This document shows, piece after piece, positions 1 through 13,557 of a DNA stretch of 64,000 bases. Both the position numbers and the translations under genes were made by a program. The stretch is from Paraspadella gotoi. Lineage: Eukaryota; Animalia; Chaetognatha. The notes under the pieces were generated by a model, which had not been told where the DNA came from, ran no database searches, and saw only the letters and a program-made list of their open reading frames with translations. The stretch lies in contig CM119263.1 in NCBI GenBank assembly GCA_051294375.1, forward strand, positions 13,316,199 to 13,380,198. Direction: 5' to 3'. The stretch's first letter is position 1. Each line of letters opens with the position of its first letter.

Positions 1-2645
1 CTCCTCCTTCCTCTTCCTTCTCCCTTCTCCCGGATCCGCGCATCGGCAGGTGCGATCCGATCGGAGCTGCAGCCGGCAAAACTTACTCTCTTCTCTCTCT
101 CTGTACCTCGTCACGCCGAGGTCTTTCTCTCCTGCCTCGAGCGGAATCGATATGGGTTCGCGCGGATCCGCGGAGGTCTTTTTCTTCAGAAATTGTTTTG
201 AGATAGGCAGTGATTGTTTATACGGGTTTGTTCACAATGAAATTGGACTTAAATAAACTATGTATTTTCTTTTTCCCTCTGATAAATATGAACACTCTTA
301 TTTATATATATTTATCCTCCTCATAACATAGATCTCACTGGGTGAATTTCTATGTTTTCAAAAATACGGTAAAGACATTGATTATCTTTAGACGAATCAT
401 GTCTTATTACGGTTATCCGCGCTTAATTAAGTGAAACTAAAATATGTTTTTTCATGCAAGAGCAACTTTTAGAAGATCAATTGCTCGTTAATCTGTTGCG
501 TATTTTAGATATACTACTTGCTTTGGCAAAAAAATGGCAACGCAATTATAAAATTTTTTTCTTGTTTTTTTCACTTCCTTTTCTTATTTCTCTTTCTTCT
601 CGAACTTTTTTCGAACTCTCCTTTCTCTCTTTCTCTCTGACTTTATTCTCCCTTTCTCCAACGTTTCTACCTCATATTTTTCTGTGTCAATCCTTCCTTT
701 CTTCTCTACTTTTTTCCCTCCACTCTACTCTATTAAAGTAGCAAAAATGATATTGATTCTTGATTAGAAAATGCAGCAGATGATTTCAATTATCCGTAGT
801 CCAGCCCACTTTGTCTTTAGAGCTAAATTTTATCAATTACTGTTTTATATATTTAGCAATATTGGAAAGTTGTTTTTTTTCTAATTCCCCGATCAAATCA
901 CTGCCAATAGTATTTGTTGATTGTCATTGCTACTGTAAGAAAGGGTTTGTTATTTTCTATGCCTGCAAGGGTAAATAAGTGAATAAATTTATTTCTTATG
1001 TTAAAGATTCTTGCCTAATTCATATTTATGGATCAAATTTTCCGGGCAGTCGTCTTCCGCCTCAATTTTCAGAGAGGATTTTTCCAGCGTAGTTAGTTTT
1101 CGGCTTTGAAATCGTTCACAAAACTGTCTTCGCTCGAGAGAACACTCTGTATTTAGGAATAAATTTCGTGTTCAATAAAGACTCATTCAATTTATTCGCG
1201 ATTTCTCTTGGAAACTTAAGTTAGATCAGTTCGTCCTGGGTGACAAAACGAACGTTCGTATTCTCGCGCGGCCGTGAAGACAAATAAAAGGAAAGAATCT
1301 TCGCAATATTGAAAGTAAAACTTAAGGGGACCCAGTGATAAAAATGATATCATAAGCTTAAGGCGTCTATCATCAAAGGAATCTTTGAATGGTGTGTCAT
1401 TAATTTTCTTTGTATGGGAAGTGGCAAAAAAAAATTCTATTCTCTTATTGTAGCGGAACAAAAATTTAATAACTTATGAAAAAAAAAATTTAGGTGACCC
1501 TACTTAAATATTTTATAATCCATTAATTTTATTTTTGCTTATGAAAGTTATTTTTTACCTAAATTCAATTTTTTATTTTTACTGTACAAAGCTATAATTT
1601 TAGGTTTAGCTTTTCATTGAAACAAAGGCCTTTACAAGACTAATATTTTTTATATTTTTATATTTACTTAAAAAGCAGACAACATCAACCTAAATTCTTT
1701 TCTTACAGAAACAAACTGTAATAATTATTAATTAATATTCATATTTCATCCCTTAAATGTTATTAATTAAATATATTGATTCCTGAATTAACAATTGAAA
1801 AATTTAGCAAAAGTACAGGCAATCTTTCTCTTCTTTTTATATTTTATATTCTTCAAAGGTTTATTCTTTCATCCAATTAAAGAATCATTTTGAAAAGAAA
1901 GTTTATAAAATCAGATCGATTACCTTACATTTTGATTCATTCCTAGTTTTTTTTTCTTATAATTTTTGTGAAAAAGCCTGAAAATCTTTTTTTAAAATTA
2001 GATCTTACCGTTTTTTGGATAGAAAAAAAAATTTTAAACTTTGAAAAGATTTTGTTTCTTACCAATTTTTTTAAAGAAAATTAAGCTCGCTGAATTTTAT
2101 TCGAATTTTTTAACACTTCTTCCCAAATGATTATAAAAGAAAAAAAAATTATATGATCAGAAACCACTAAGTTTTAAAGGGTTCAAACGTATGTTTTCAG
2201 CTTCCCCCCCTGATTCACGTCTGGTCCCCTTAAGGTCGCCAGGATTTTGACAAAACATTCTTTCTTGGGTTTAGAGTTCCAAACGCGGCTAAGTTTTCCA
2301 AGAAACTTGAGGGAATTTAACTATAAACGTTTCAGAATTGTCCAACGCTTCAATCAAAATTTTCTTTTTTTAAAAACTGTTTTTAATTGTATTTTGGCTT
2401 TATGAAAGCAACAAACTGCTAAAAGCCAAAATGTTAAGATTTTTTAAAAGGAAAGGTCATTCACCATTTGTAATAAAATCCCAATTGATCTGTAAGTGGA
2501 TTTACACAGCGAGGCCCAGTTGTTTGCCTTATCTATGAGTAATGACTAATTAGTTCTTCTAGTCGCCTAATTTTTGGGAAAGGCCGGCTAAAATCTGTTT
2601 CCTCCAAAAATGGTGCTGAGACTTGACATGTCGACGTGTTTGGGT

Positions 2646-2905
2646 GGAGAGAGAGAGAGAGAGAGAGACGAGAAAGAGCGAGAGAGAGAGAGAGAGAGAG
2701 CAGAGAGAGATCCGGCCCCGATCCGCTTCGGGACTTCGACGGAAGAAAGCCCGGACTCACCATCGAGAGAGAGAAAAATCTCCCGATCCCGAGCGGAAGA
2801 AGCCCCGGAAGAGAGAAGTGAAGTCGGTCGGCAGCCGCGCGCCGCTGCTCCGGTGGACGGCTGCATCCGGGAGAGCTGCAGTATATTGACTCAGTCTCTC
2901 TCGTG

Positions 2906-2958
<53 letters not shown>

Positions 2959-3064
2959 GTCTCCTCTCTCTTCCCGTAAATTAATCACTGTTTGCTCATT
3001 CGCTCCTTGTTCTGTTCTCGTTTTATTTTCTTTCAAATTCCAAAGATAAAGAGAGGAGGAGATG

Positions 3065-3115
<51 letters not shown>

Positions 3116-3457
3116 NNNNNNNNNNNNNNNNNNNNNNNNNAGAGAGAGAGGAAAGTAAGCGAGAAAGAGGAACCGGGAAGTGTTTTGATAAAGCACCCAT
3201 CAAAGGAGAGACGTTGTAGAGAAACGACTTCCAAGTGGCTAATTGATTGTATTAAGTATTTAACAAGGTTCTTCGTTCATATATTTGTGCTCTGGTAGCC
3301 TCTGGTGACGGATCTTCCGTCTCTCATTCTCTCTCACTCTCTCACTCTCTGCTTCTCTCTCTCTTCCTTGTTAAAGAGCCTCTGCTCATCGGCGCAATTA
3401 ATTACGCGGATGTCACATGGATATTAAATTACTCACCACTAATTCACCGGCTGATTA

Positions 3458-3522
<65 letters not shown>
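2646..3522. repeat. Cluster of (GA)n and (CT)n microsatellites
   Basis: (GA)n at about 2646-2710 and 3050-3150; (CT)n at about 2895-2972 and 3461-3522. Confidence 0.9.
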
Positions 3523-3525
<3 letters not shown>

Positions 3526-4278
3526 AACCCGCTTCGTTGGGTAGATTTTTTCTTCCTTTTTTTAAAACTCGGGAGAGTTGAGGCCGCCTTTTATTAGCAA
3601 GGACAATCGAATACCGAAGTTCGGCATTCATATCGTTTTGCTTTCATTGAGATTTTATAGTTTTTTGGCGAGAGTCGTTCCGTCCTTACATTTCCTATGA
3701 TTGTAAGGTGATGAAGCGAGAAACCTTCTCTCCTCCCATTATCGTCCCATCGGCGTATTTAGGGATCATTGCTTTTCAATTTTTCTTCATTTGTCGTTTT
3801 ACTTTTTCCTACGAGGTCAAGTCGGCGGTACAGCGATTACCCGGTTATCATTGTTAAGCTGAATTTTGGCGAATATGCATTTTGAATGAGCTGAGCAATA
3901 TTTTTATTTCGTCGGTTAAAAAATATGTAAAAATGCACATGCCTCTATTGTAATAAGAGTCTACGGCTAATTTCGCATTTTCGCATTTATGAAATTGTTA
4001 ATATCAAGATAAAAATTAACATGTATGACTTAAAAAACTCGTACTCTTAAGTCTTAACTCAGCGACCAAACATCGAAAGTGCCTTAAATGGTTTTCCCTT
4101 TTTCCGATCCAAAGGTTTTCCCTGTACTTTTTCGCCGATATCGATGGATTGATTTATAGCCCTTTTTTTCCTTCCGCACCCAGAAGCCTTCTCCCCCAAA
4201 AAGCCTTCGTTTGGCCGACATGTAAATTAGATTTGTAAAGGTGTTACTCCCGCGTAGACGAATGACCCTACTCTTTCG

Positions 4279-4327
<49 letters not shown>

Positions 4328-4911
4328 TTTTATTAAGATCATTATTAATTATTTACTGGTCAAAGACACTCAGTAACAAAATTTAGTAACCCAAATAATA
4401 TACTCTCTCTCCCTTTATATGTAAATCTGTAGGCAACATTAATATTTAATCTTTTATTTTATTTTTCTCGCCGTTTGCTTCCAAACTTACTCTCTTCCCA
4501 AGCTCTTCAAAAGGGTCCTTGCTCCTTTTTTCCCCCCTTTTCCTTTCTCATTCTTTTCTCTCTTCATAATTTTTTCCTTTCTTCTCTTTCTCCTCACCTC
4601 CCTTTTACAGTTTTTTCCCTTTTTTCTTTCCCCCGCTTTCGAAATCGGGGCAGACATTTTGCGGCGTTCCTTTGCGACGCGGATTAGCATTTTCCATTAG
4701 CATCGCTCTCTCGCTCTCTGTCTGTCTCTCTCTCTCCCTCTCTCTTGCTCTCCGTCCCTGGGTCGAGGCGTCCACGGACCCGCGGATTAATTTCTAGGTC
4801 AAAGCATCGAGAAAGAAGAGCAGAGGAGAAAGTAGATCCGCTCATTCTCAAACTTTATTTGGCTTTCCAGGTTGTTTCAAGTCTTACCGGCTCAGAATAA
4901 CTTGAGATGCT

Positions 4912-4956
<45 letters not shown>

Positions 4957-5155
4957 TCTTCTCTTCTCTTCCATCGCTCACGGCACGCGCCACGTATTTA
5001 TGCCTTCCTTTTCTCCTGCAATTTTTTCTGACTTCTTCCTATTCTCTATATTTTGCTCTTTTCTATTTTTTTTTTTTTTTTCTGACTTGACTCTTCTCTT
5101 TCCTTTTCTCTTCCGCCCATTTTCTCCATACTCGATTTTTCCTCTCTTTTCTTCC

Positions 5156-5214
<59 letters not shown>

Positions 5215-6418
5215 TCTCTCTCTCTTCTCTCCTCTCTTCCTTCTCTCTTCTCTCTTTTCTTTTCTTTCTTCCCACTGGCCTCTCGATCAACGGTTTTTAT
5301 CTTTCTCCCTCCCTATCCATTTTTTTCCATCTTATATTCGGGGTTTCACTTCTTTACTTTATCCAGGTTTTTTTTTTACTTTTTCTCTTTCGAATAAATT
5401 TCTCTTTATATTTCCGCTCGTTAGGTTCCACATGTCGGCCCCGACGACACGTAAACAAATCCTTTCCACTTTTTGTTTTTTTTTTTTTTTTGGTCGTTTT
5501 TTTTTTGGTCTTTCTTTGGTTATTCAGAAACGGAAAAAATGAGTGGGAGGGATAGGAAAATTTTTCGAGGGAAAAGGAAAAATCCGAGTGAACGGGTCCA
5601 TTAGTCTATCTTTTTTAAAACTTATCCATCGGTTTATATATCCTTACGTTTTTCTATCCGAACCATGTTTGATCTCCGTAGATGTTAACGAAAGAAGGAA
5701 AGAAATATAAGCTGAGTAGTGAATTTTTTTTAAAAAAAATAACAAATATTCTATATATGTATTTACATACCATATATTCGTTTTTTCGATCAATTCTCAC
5801 AATAACTACCAATTTGAATAGATCAAGACCACTACCGTACAAAAATAATTTCCAACGAACCTTGAGAGGTTACGAGCAACAGGAGCGAGTACTTTTTTAA
5901 AAAGTCTAAAATTTAGAAAAATTCCTCTTCTCTCTCTCTCTCTCTCCTTCACTCTCTCTCTCTATCTCTCCTCTCTCTCTCTGCTCCTCCTCTTCATCCC
6001 TCTCTCTCTCTCTATTATCTTCCCTACTCTCTTACTCTCCTTTACTTATTACTTTTCCTTCTCATTTCCGTCCGGCACGCGTTTTCCACATTTCGTTTTT
6101 ACTGATGACTTTAATCTTTCTCACGTTGTAGAAAAAAGACGGGGTCTTAGTTCTCAGCCTCTCCTCCCTTCACTCTTCTCACTCGCACCTTCCGCCCAAC
6201 TCGAGCTCGGTTGAATCCCATCGCCTCCCCACCTTAACTCCTTTTCGCCTTCGTTCTCTTCCTCCCACCTCTCCCTCTTCTTCCCTCCCACGCCCTTCTT
6301 CCTCCCGTACCTCACTAGTCTTTTCCCTCCTCCTCCTCCTCCTCCAACCCCTTCCATCGGAGGCCAAGGCGCGCGGGCTTTCGCGAGCAACTAACTCGGG
6401 GCGATAAATCCGAAGCCC

Positions 6419-6750
6419 GAGAAAGAAAAGAAAAGAAAAAGAAAGAAAAGAAAAGAAAAAAAGAAAGAAAAGAAAAGAGAAAAGAAAAAGAAAAGAAGAA
6501 AAGAAAAGAAGAAAGAAGAAAAGAAAGAAAGAAAAGAAGGAGAAAGAAAAGAAAAGAAATATGGAAAGAAATAAAGATAGAAAGATAAATTACGGTAATA
6601 AATAGGAAAAGGACAAAAGAAAAGAATAAGAAAAGCAAAAAGGAAAAGAAAAAGAAAAAGAAAATAGAAAAGAAAAGAAATGAAAAGAAAGAAGAAAAGA
6701 AAAGCGAAAAAAAGAAAGAAAAGAAAAGAAAAGAAAAGAAAAGAAAAGAG
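6419..6750. repeat. (GAAAA)n-type polypurine tract
   Basis: Imperfect GAAAA/AAAG repeats over about 330 bp. Confidence 0.9.
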
Positions 6751-8682
6751 CAGACACTAAGAAGAAGAGGGGAAGACGAGCGCAACCATCTTTTCCACAT
6801 TTTTCATTTTTGTTAAAATTAGGGAGTCCCGCTTTCTCTCCCTCTTCTTTTTGCCTCCGCGAAAAAAAGTCGCTCTTTATTCTCAATTCCCTTTTATTCT
6901 GTCGCCTCAGTTAGGTCAGTCCGCTGTTCTTGCTTTCCGCCACAAAGTTTTCTTTTATAATTTTCATGTTCATAATTTCAACAATTCCTGGCTGTACATA
7001 CAGTATATGTTTTAATTTTCGGGGATTTTCAAAAAACTAATAGCTCGATTCACTATAAACTCTTATCGCAGGCTAGTCTCCGTTTCTTCCATTTACTCTC
7101 TTCATCCTCTCTCCTCTATCTCTCTCTTCTCTCTCTCTCTCTCTCTCTCGCTCCTCTCTCTCTCTCTCTCCTCTCTCTCTTCTCCTCTCATCTCTTCTTT
7201 CACGGTTTTGACCGTACACCGTTGGCGCGCAGAACCGTTCCCCAATGACATCGACGATCTGACGCACACCCGCAATGAACTGGCGAGGCACGCGGAGGCG
7301 GGCGGGCGGGCGTGGCGTGCCGGTGACGCCCGATACCGAACAGCGGTCGGCGGACGGCGGCGTGACGCAAAATCGATAACCGCGGACGTTATGTGGCCAG
7401 TGGAGTTGTTGTCGTTCGTCGAGTTACCCTCCGGGTTTCAACGTTGAGTCCTGAACACACGTGGACGAGGAATGCGCGTGATTCTTTTCTCTCTCTTCCA
7501 CTCTCGTCTTTTGTTTGTGACGTAAAAAACGTGAGTTCGGATTCCGCTCGTTGCTCAGCCTCGTTTTGGATATTAATCAGTAGAGAATTTTCCTTATTGC
7601 CTTTCCCAAAGTTTTGGTAAAGCTCATCTTCCGTCAGCCTCAGTGTGGTCTCACTGATCTCAGCGGTCTGCCACGGCCAATTTCTCAGGTCGTGCCCGAC
7701 GCGCCAATGTTCGACGTCGCACGTCCCGCTCGCCGTGACTGAATCTCTCCTATCAAGCATAGTAACGCATAGACACGTTAGAGATACTAATGTCTGAATC
7801 GAATGAGGAACTGACCCAAGCTAGAAAAAACAGATATAAGTGTAGGGGCGTATGGCATCCAATGCGACTGACTTCTACATTTTATAAATGCGAAGACACC
7901 TATCTCTCTTGCTCAAGTTAAAGTCTTTCCCAGTAAACCTTGAAACGCGTTGCACCATGCCACGAAATGGACGTGACAATCCAAGCCTTTTCACGCGGCG
8001 CACTCCGTCGTCCTTTCGATGGTAGTCTGGGGATTCGAACTTAGTCTGACACTCCGTGACTCAATAACCGGAACCGAACGTGAGCAAGGGTCACACGTGA
8101 ACATCCCGAGGCCATGATCCGCTTGGCGATAAGAGAGCAGAGCCAGAGACGAGACGAGAGAGAGGAGGAGAGCAGAGAGACGAGAAGCCAAGAGAGAGAG
8201 CAGAAGAGAGAGAAGCAGAGAGAGAACGATAAAGCTTTGTTCGTTCCGTCAAGCTGGATCAGTGGGGGGGGTGAACAGTTTACCAGCGCAAACCTCGACA
8301 GCTTGTATTGCTCGATAACCTGCTCTGAACTTGAGCTCTAAATGTCACTTGAAACTCACGATGATAAAAAGCCGTCGAAGAAACGGCGATGATAGCCAAC
8401 TTGGCTTTCCAATAATGGTCAAAATAGAAAAAACCAAGGTTTGGATTATTGGATGATCCGCATAGCGGCAGTGGTGTGGTCAACTGTTTGTTCGTGTAAA
8501 GAGAGAAAGGAGAGAGAAGATGAGCACGAGAGAGAGTAGAGAGAGAGAGAGAGAGAGAGAGAGAAGGAGAGAAGAGAGAGCAGAGAAAATATTGAGAGTG
8601 AAAAGAGCGCATCTATAGTGATTTAATGGAAAAATATTATAAATCGCACGCCGTCATCATGAATTAATCAACCTCTACTCTG

Positions 8683-8715
<33 letters not shown>

Positions 8716-9008
8716 CTCTCCTCTCAGTCATCTCTCTCTCTGTCAATCGTCTAATCGCGTCTCTCGAATCCTCTCTCTCTATATCATCTAANNNNNNNNN
8801 NNNNNNNNNNNNNNNNNNNNNNNNNNNNNNNNNNNNNNNNNNNNNNNNNNNNNNNNNNNNNNNNNNNNNNNNNNNNNNNNNNNNNNNNNNNAAAAAATAT
8901 CATGCCAGAGCCCCCCCCTCTTTTTTCCCTCGCCTTATATAGTGGGCCCTGGCCTTTTTTCGAGTATTGCTCTCTGCTCCTCCTCTCTCCTCTTTCTCTC
9001 ATCTCTCT

Positions 9009-9065
<57 letters not shown>

Positions 9066-12000
9066 TCTTCCTCTCTCTATTCTGTTGCGCCTGTAGCGTC
9101 GTGGGGACGTGAGATTGCAAATTAGTGATTCAAGTCACGTATTCCTTCGGTTATATCCTCCGCCGCGTCAGCGACCGCGTTCGCCGCAGCCGTGCCCGCT
9201 CCGGACGCGGATTCTGCTGCCGCTGCTGAGCGCGGAAAAGAGAATTCAAACGTCGCCGCTCGAAGGAAGAAGCGGAGGAAGAACGAAAGCGGCAAAGAGT
9301 GGAAAAAAAGGCAGCGGATGAGGATGAGGAGGAGGAGGAGAAAGAGGAGGAGGAGCAAAGTAAAAACGCTCCTTATTCTCATTCAGTTTCTTCTTCTTCT
9401 TTTTCCTTCTTCCTCGCTGCAGCTGACTGTATTTCAGGCCCAGAGCTTGCGCGAGCTTCGATCTCAACTCCATATAACAGCAACCCAACTAGACATACGG
9501 ACACGCAATACCCACGTCACTACTTTATAAGCACATCTGATCGGCTGCGAACATAACACTGCCCAACTCCGCGACGCGATCCGCGCCTTGCACCCTGACA
9601 CCCACTCCCCCCTCCCCCTTACCCTTCTTTCCATCCACCGACCTTCACTCTCTCCCCGATCCTACTAGACCAGCTACTTCTCTCTGCCAGCCATTCCTCT
9701 TCTCCCGTCTCTCCTGCCTCCCTTCTCCCTCCTCTCCTCTCCGCCTGCCTCCTCCCTCATGCTTCTCTCCCCCTCTCGTCACTATTTCTCACCCCTGCTC
9801 CCCTTTCACCCCTTCTTCCTACCCTTCCATCTCCCACTCATCTCTCCTTCTCACTACACACTCCCCTCTCCGCCACGCTCCATCTCCTCCTCTCTCTCTC
9901 TCTCTCTTCTTCTCATCGTCCCCGCCCCTCTCATCCCAAGCAAAACAACTCTCCGCCACCCGGCCGGTCATCTCATCCACATATTGTTTCTTTCGTTCTG
10001 ATTCGGTGCCGGCCCTTTTCTCTCGCACGTCATCTCAACNNNNNNNNNNNNNNNNNNNNNNNNNTTGTTTATGTTTTCGTATCATCTTCTAACGCAGCAG
10101 CTGTAACCATGACGACGGAGACGAAGCCGACGACGCGGACGACGACGATGCAAAACGTCGACCTGGGCAATCGAATGGCACCGAGATAAAAAGTTGATGG
10201 CGGCGGTAGTAACACGGTTACCCTAGCGACGAAAACGCACGTGTTGTCTCGCGCGTGAACGGAGAGGGAATTCGAATGTGAGATTCCTCTCCGTAATTGG
10301 AGGAAAAGGGGATAAAGGGAAAAAGGGAAAAGTTGAACCACTTACCTTTCATAATTCGAAGGGATTGGTAATGATGGAGCAATTAAATCGTTTATAATAA
10401 AAATACTGGACATAGATAAATTCCACCAATCAGAATAACGATGCTTATTAACTTATAATTTTTCTTTCGAATCTAGAATCTAGAATTTTCAAGCACTGAA
10501 TGTTTGGTATCGACCGGAAATATTTGGATCTTTGATCGGGACAGGTTTCGATGGCGGATTTCCGGGTTGTTGTTGTTGTTGTTAAGGCCAGTTGCAGAGC
10601 CAGAGTCTGTTGTCTGGTTTCGAGAAAAACTGACACGAGTCGTGACCAGGCCGATCGTTGCCACGTTATTCGTTGCCACGTTACGTTCTTTCGGTGGGCC
10701 TGGCATCGACGGCACGTTCTGATTCCGTTAGAAATTCTTTCTCTCTCTNNNNNNNNNNNNNNNNNNNNNNNNNNNNNNNNNNNNNNNNNNNNNNNNNNNN
10801 NNNNNNNNNNNNNNNNNNNNNNNNNNNNNNNNNNNNNNNNNNNNNNNNNNNNNNNNNNNNNNNNNNNNNNNNNNNNNNNNNNNNNNNNNNNNNNNNNNNN
10901 NNNNNNNNNNNNNNNNNNNNNNNNNNNNNNNNNNNNNNNNNNNNNNNNNNNNNNNNNNNGCCTTCATCCCCTCCAGAAAATCACCATAAATTTCAAGGAT
11001 TGTCAAACCGAGAAAACCTTAAAATCCAAAAACGGCGACAAAGGCCGGGGATAACGACGACGACNNNNNNNNNNNNNNNNNNNNNNNNNNNNNNNNNNNN
11101 NNNNNNNNNNNNNNNNNNNNNNNNNNNNNNNNNNNNNNNNNNNNNNNNNNNNNNNNNNNNNNNNNNNNNNNNNNNNNNNNNNNNNNNNNNNNNNNNNNNN
11201 NNNNNNNNNNNNNNNNNNNNNNNNNNNNNNNNNNNNNNNNNNNNNNNNNNNNNNNNNNNNNNNNNNNNNNNNNNNNNNNNNNNNNNNNNNNNNNNNNNNN
11301 NNNNNNNNNNNNNNNNNNNNNNNNNNNNNNNNNNNNNNNNNNNNNNNCCATCCCATTTCCGTCCGCGGTTACAATTAAACGCATCGATGGAAACGCTCTG
11401 ATGATGGGCACCTCCTAGTTTATTCTCCTCATAATTTTACTCGCCTCATAGATTTTTCTCTCTTTTAAATTTCTCCGCTTGTCTCTGCTTATTCGTCGCT
11501 CTAATTGTCACCTTCTCTGTATTGGACTTTGTTGTAGTCTTTTTAGCTTTCGCTTCCGTAAATATTTTCAATTTTTCTTTATTCTCCACCACGAAAATAT
11601 TACATGCTGCTTATTTAAGTAAGCTTTCAAACATAATTGTTGAAAATATTTTTCAAAAAAATAAAATTCCTGAATGCAAGTAACACTGGGTGATTTTGTA
11701 GTATAATATTTTAATATATTTTTTTCTGAATATTTAAAAAGATTTGGATTAAAGTTAGATTTAGTGAAGATTAAATAGATTTTAAAATCGATGAACTGGG
11801 GGAAAACAAATAAAGACAAAAAAGGCCACTCCAATGACGAAACAACAACAACGACGACAAAGCCAACGTTTGCAAACATTCAATCAACTCCACATCCGGC
11901 GCCGAGGGGCACGTGACTCGAGCTGCGCGCGCACGTGGGATGGAGGGACTGGAAAGTGGGACTGAAAGGCGAGGACCGAGAGGTAAGGACAGAGAAGTCA

Positions 12001-12713
12001 GGGTGAGAACGGAAAGAGAAGTAGAGACTGATAAAAAAAACAACGAATAAACTGGGTTCGAAATAAAACATAACCTTTGAAGACACGATTGATGAGTAGT
12101 TTGCTTTTAATATTTGACAAAAAAATGAAATTAAAAAAAATTTAAACTCTAAATCTTTTTTTTTGTGCACGGGACTTTCTCTCGCCCATGAATCCTCTAC
12201 CCAAAAAATATGGGGCAAATTTTAGGAAAGAAAAAAAAATGATGAAAAAAGGAAAAAGGAAAGAAGAAAAATCCATCGTCGAAGAAAATGTGTTAAAAAA
12301 AAAAAAGAAGGAAAAATCCAAGTTTTTTTTTCCTTTTTTTGATAAAAGAGAAATATTTCGATTTTTGACACAAGTCCCTTGAGACGTGGGAGTTTGTAGG
12401 AGGAGGATGCGGACCAGGGGGGGGGCGGAAACCGGCCCACGATTATAAACCGAGGAGCAGCCCGGCAGATTCCATCGCTGGAGGCTGGAGCTGTGTCTTC
12501 TTCAACTCGGACGTTGCAGCATCGGACGGGGCGCCACGCAAAACCTCGACGCCGGCAGCTTTCGATACCTTGGGCAGATTCTTTTCTTTACTCACCGCTG
12601 CAGATTCTTTCACTACGAGCAGCAACTGCAGCGGTTGGCAAAGACGAAGAAGATGAGTATAAACTTTTAGCCTTGATGACTAGGCTGTTTTAGGTTGGAG
12701 ACGAGAGAGAGAG

Positions 12714-13521
12714 NNNNNNNNNNNNNNNNNNNNNNNNNNNNNNNNNNNNNNNNNNNNNNNNNNNNNNNNNNNNNNNNNNNNNNNNNNNNNNNNNNNNNNN
12801 NNNNNNNNNNNNNNNNNNNNNNNNNNNNNNNNNNNNNNNNNNNNNNNNNNNNNNNNNNNNNNNNNNNNNNNNNNNNNNNNNNNNNNNNNNNNNNNNNNNN
12901 NNNNNNNNNNNNNNNNNNNNNNNNNNNNNNNNNNNNNNNNNNNNNNNNNNNNNNNNNNNNNNNNNNNNNNNNNNNNNNNNNNNNNNNNNNNNNNNNNNNN
13001 NNNNNNNNNNNNNNNNNNNNNNNNNNNNNNNNNNNNNNNNNNNNNNNNNNNNNNNNNNNNNNNNNNNNNNNNNNNNNNNNNNNNNNNNNNNNNNNNNNNN
13101 NNNNNNNNNNNNNNNNNNNNNNNNNNNNNNNNNNNNNNNNNNNNNNNNNNNNNNNNNNNNNNNNNNNNNNNNNNNNNNNNNNNNNNNNNNNNNNNNNNNN
13201 NNNNNNNNNNNNNNNNNNNNNNNNNNNNNNNNNNNNNNNNNNNNNNNNNNNNNNNNNNNNNNNNNNNNNNNNNNNNNNNNNNNNNNNNNNNNNNNNNNNN
13301 NNNNNNNNNNNNNNNNNNNNNNNNNNNNNNNNNNNNNNNNNNNNNNNNNNNNNNNNNNNNNNNNNNNNNNNNNNNNNNNNNNNNNNNNNNNNNNNNNNNN
13401 NNNNNNNNNNNNNNNNNNNNNNNNNNNNNNNNNNNNNNNNNNNNNNNNNNNNNNNNNNNNNNNNNNNNNNNNNNNNNNNNNNNNNNNNNNNNNNNNNNNN
13501 NNNNNNNNNNNNNNNNNNNNN
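12714..13521. other. Largest assembly gap (808 N)
   Basis: Other sized gaps: 8792-8890, 10749-10959, 11065-11347, 16210-16457, 16581-16796, 18224-18502, 27688-27885. 25-N gaps: 3116-3140, 10040-10064, 15668-15692, 20888-20912, 42111-42135, 46177-46201, 46945-46969. Many are flanked by microsatellites. Confidence 0.98.

Positions 13522-13557
<36 letters not shown>

Noticed and set aside
5513-5530. miR-9-like TCTTTGGTTAT
   Set aside because: Only 11 nt match, in T-rich sequence, with no star arm.
8020-8095. Minus-strand B-box (AGTTCGAATCCC), possible tRNA or SINE
   Set aside because: No convincing A-box or stems, and it lies in noisy sequence.
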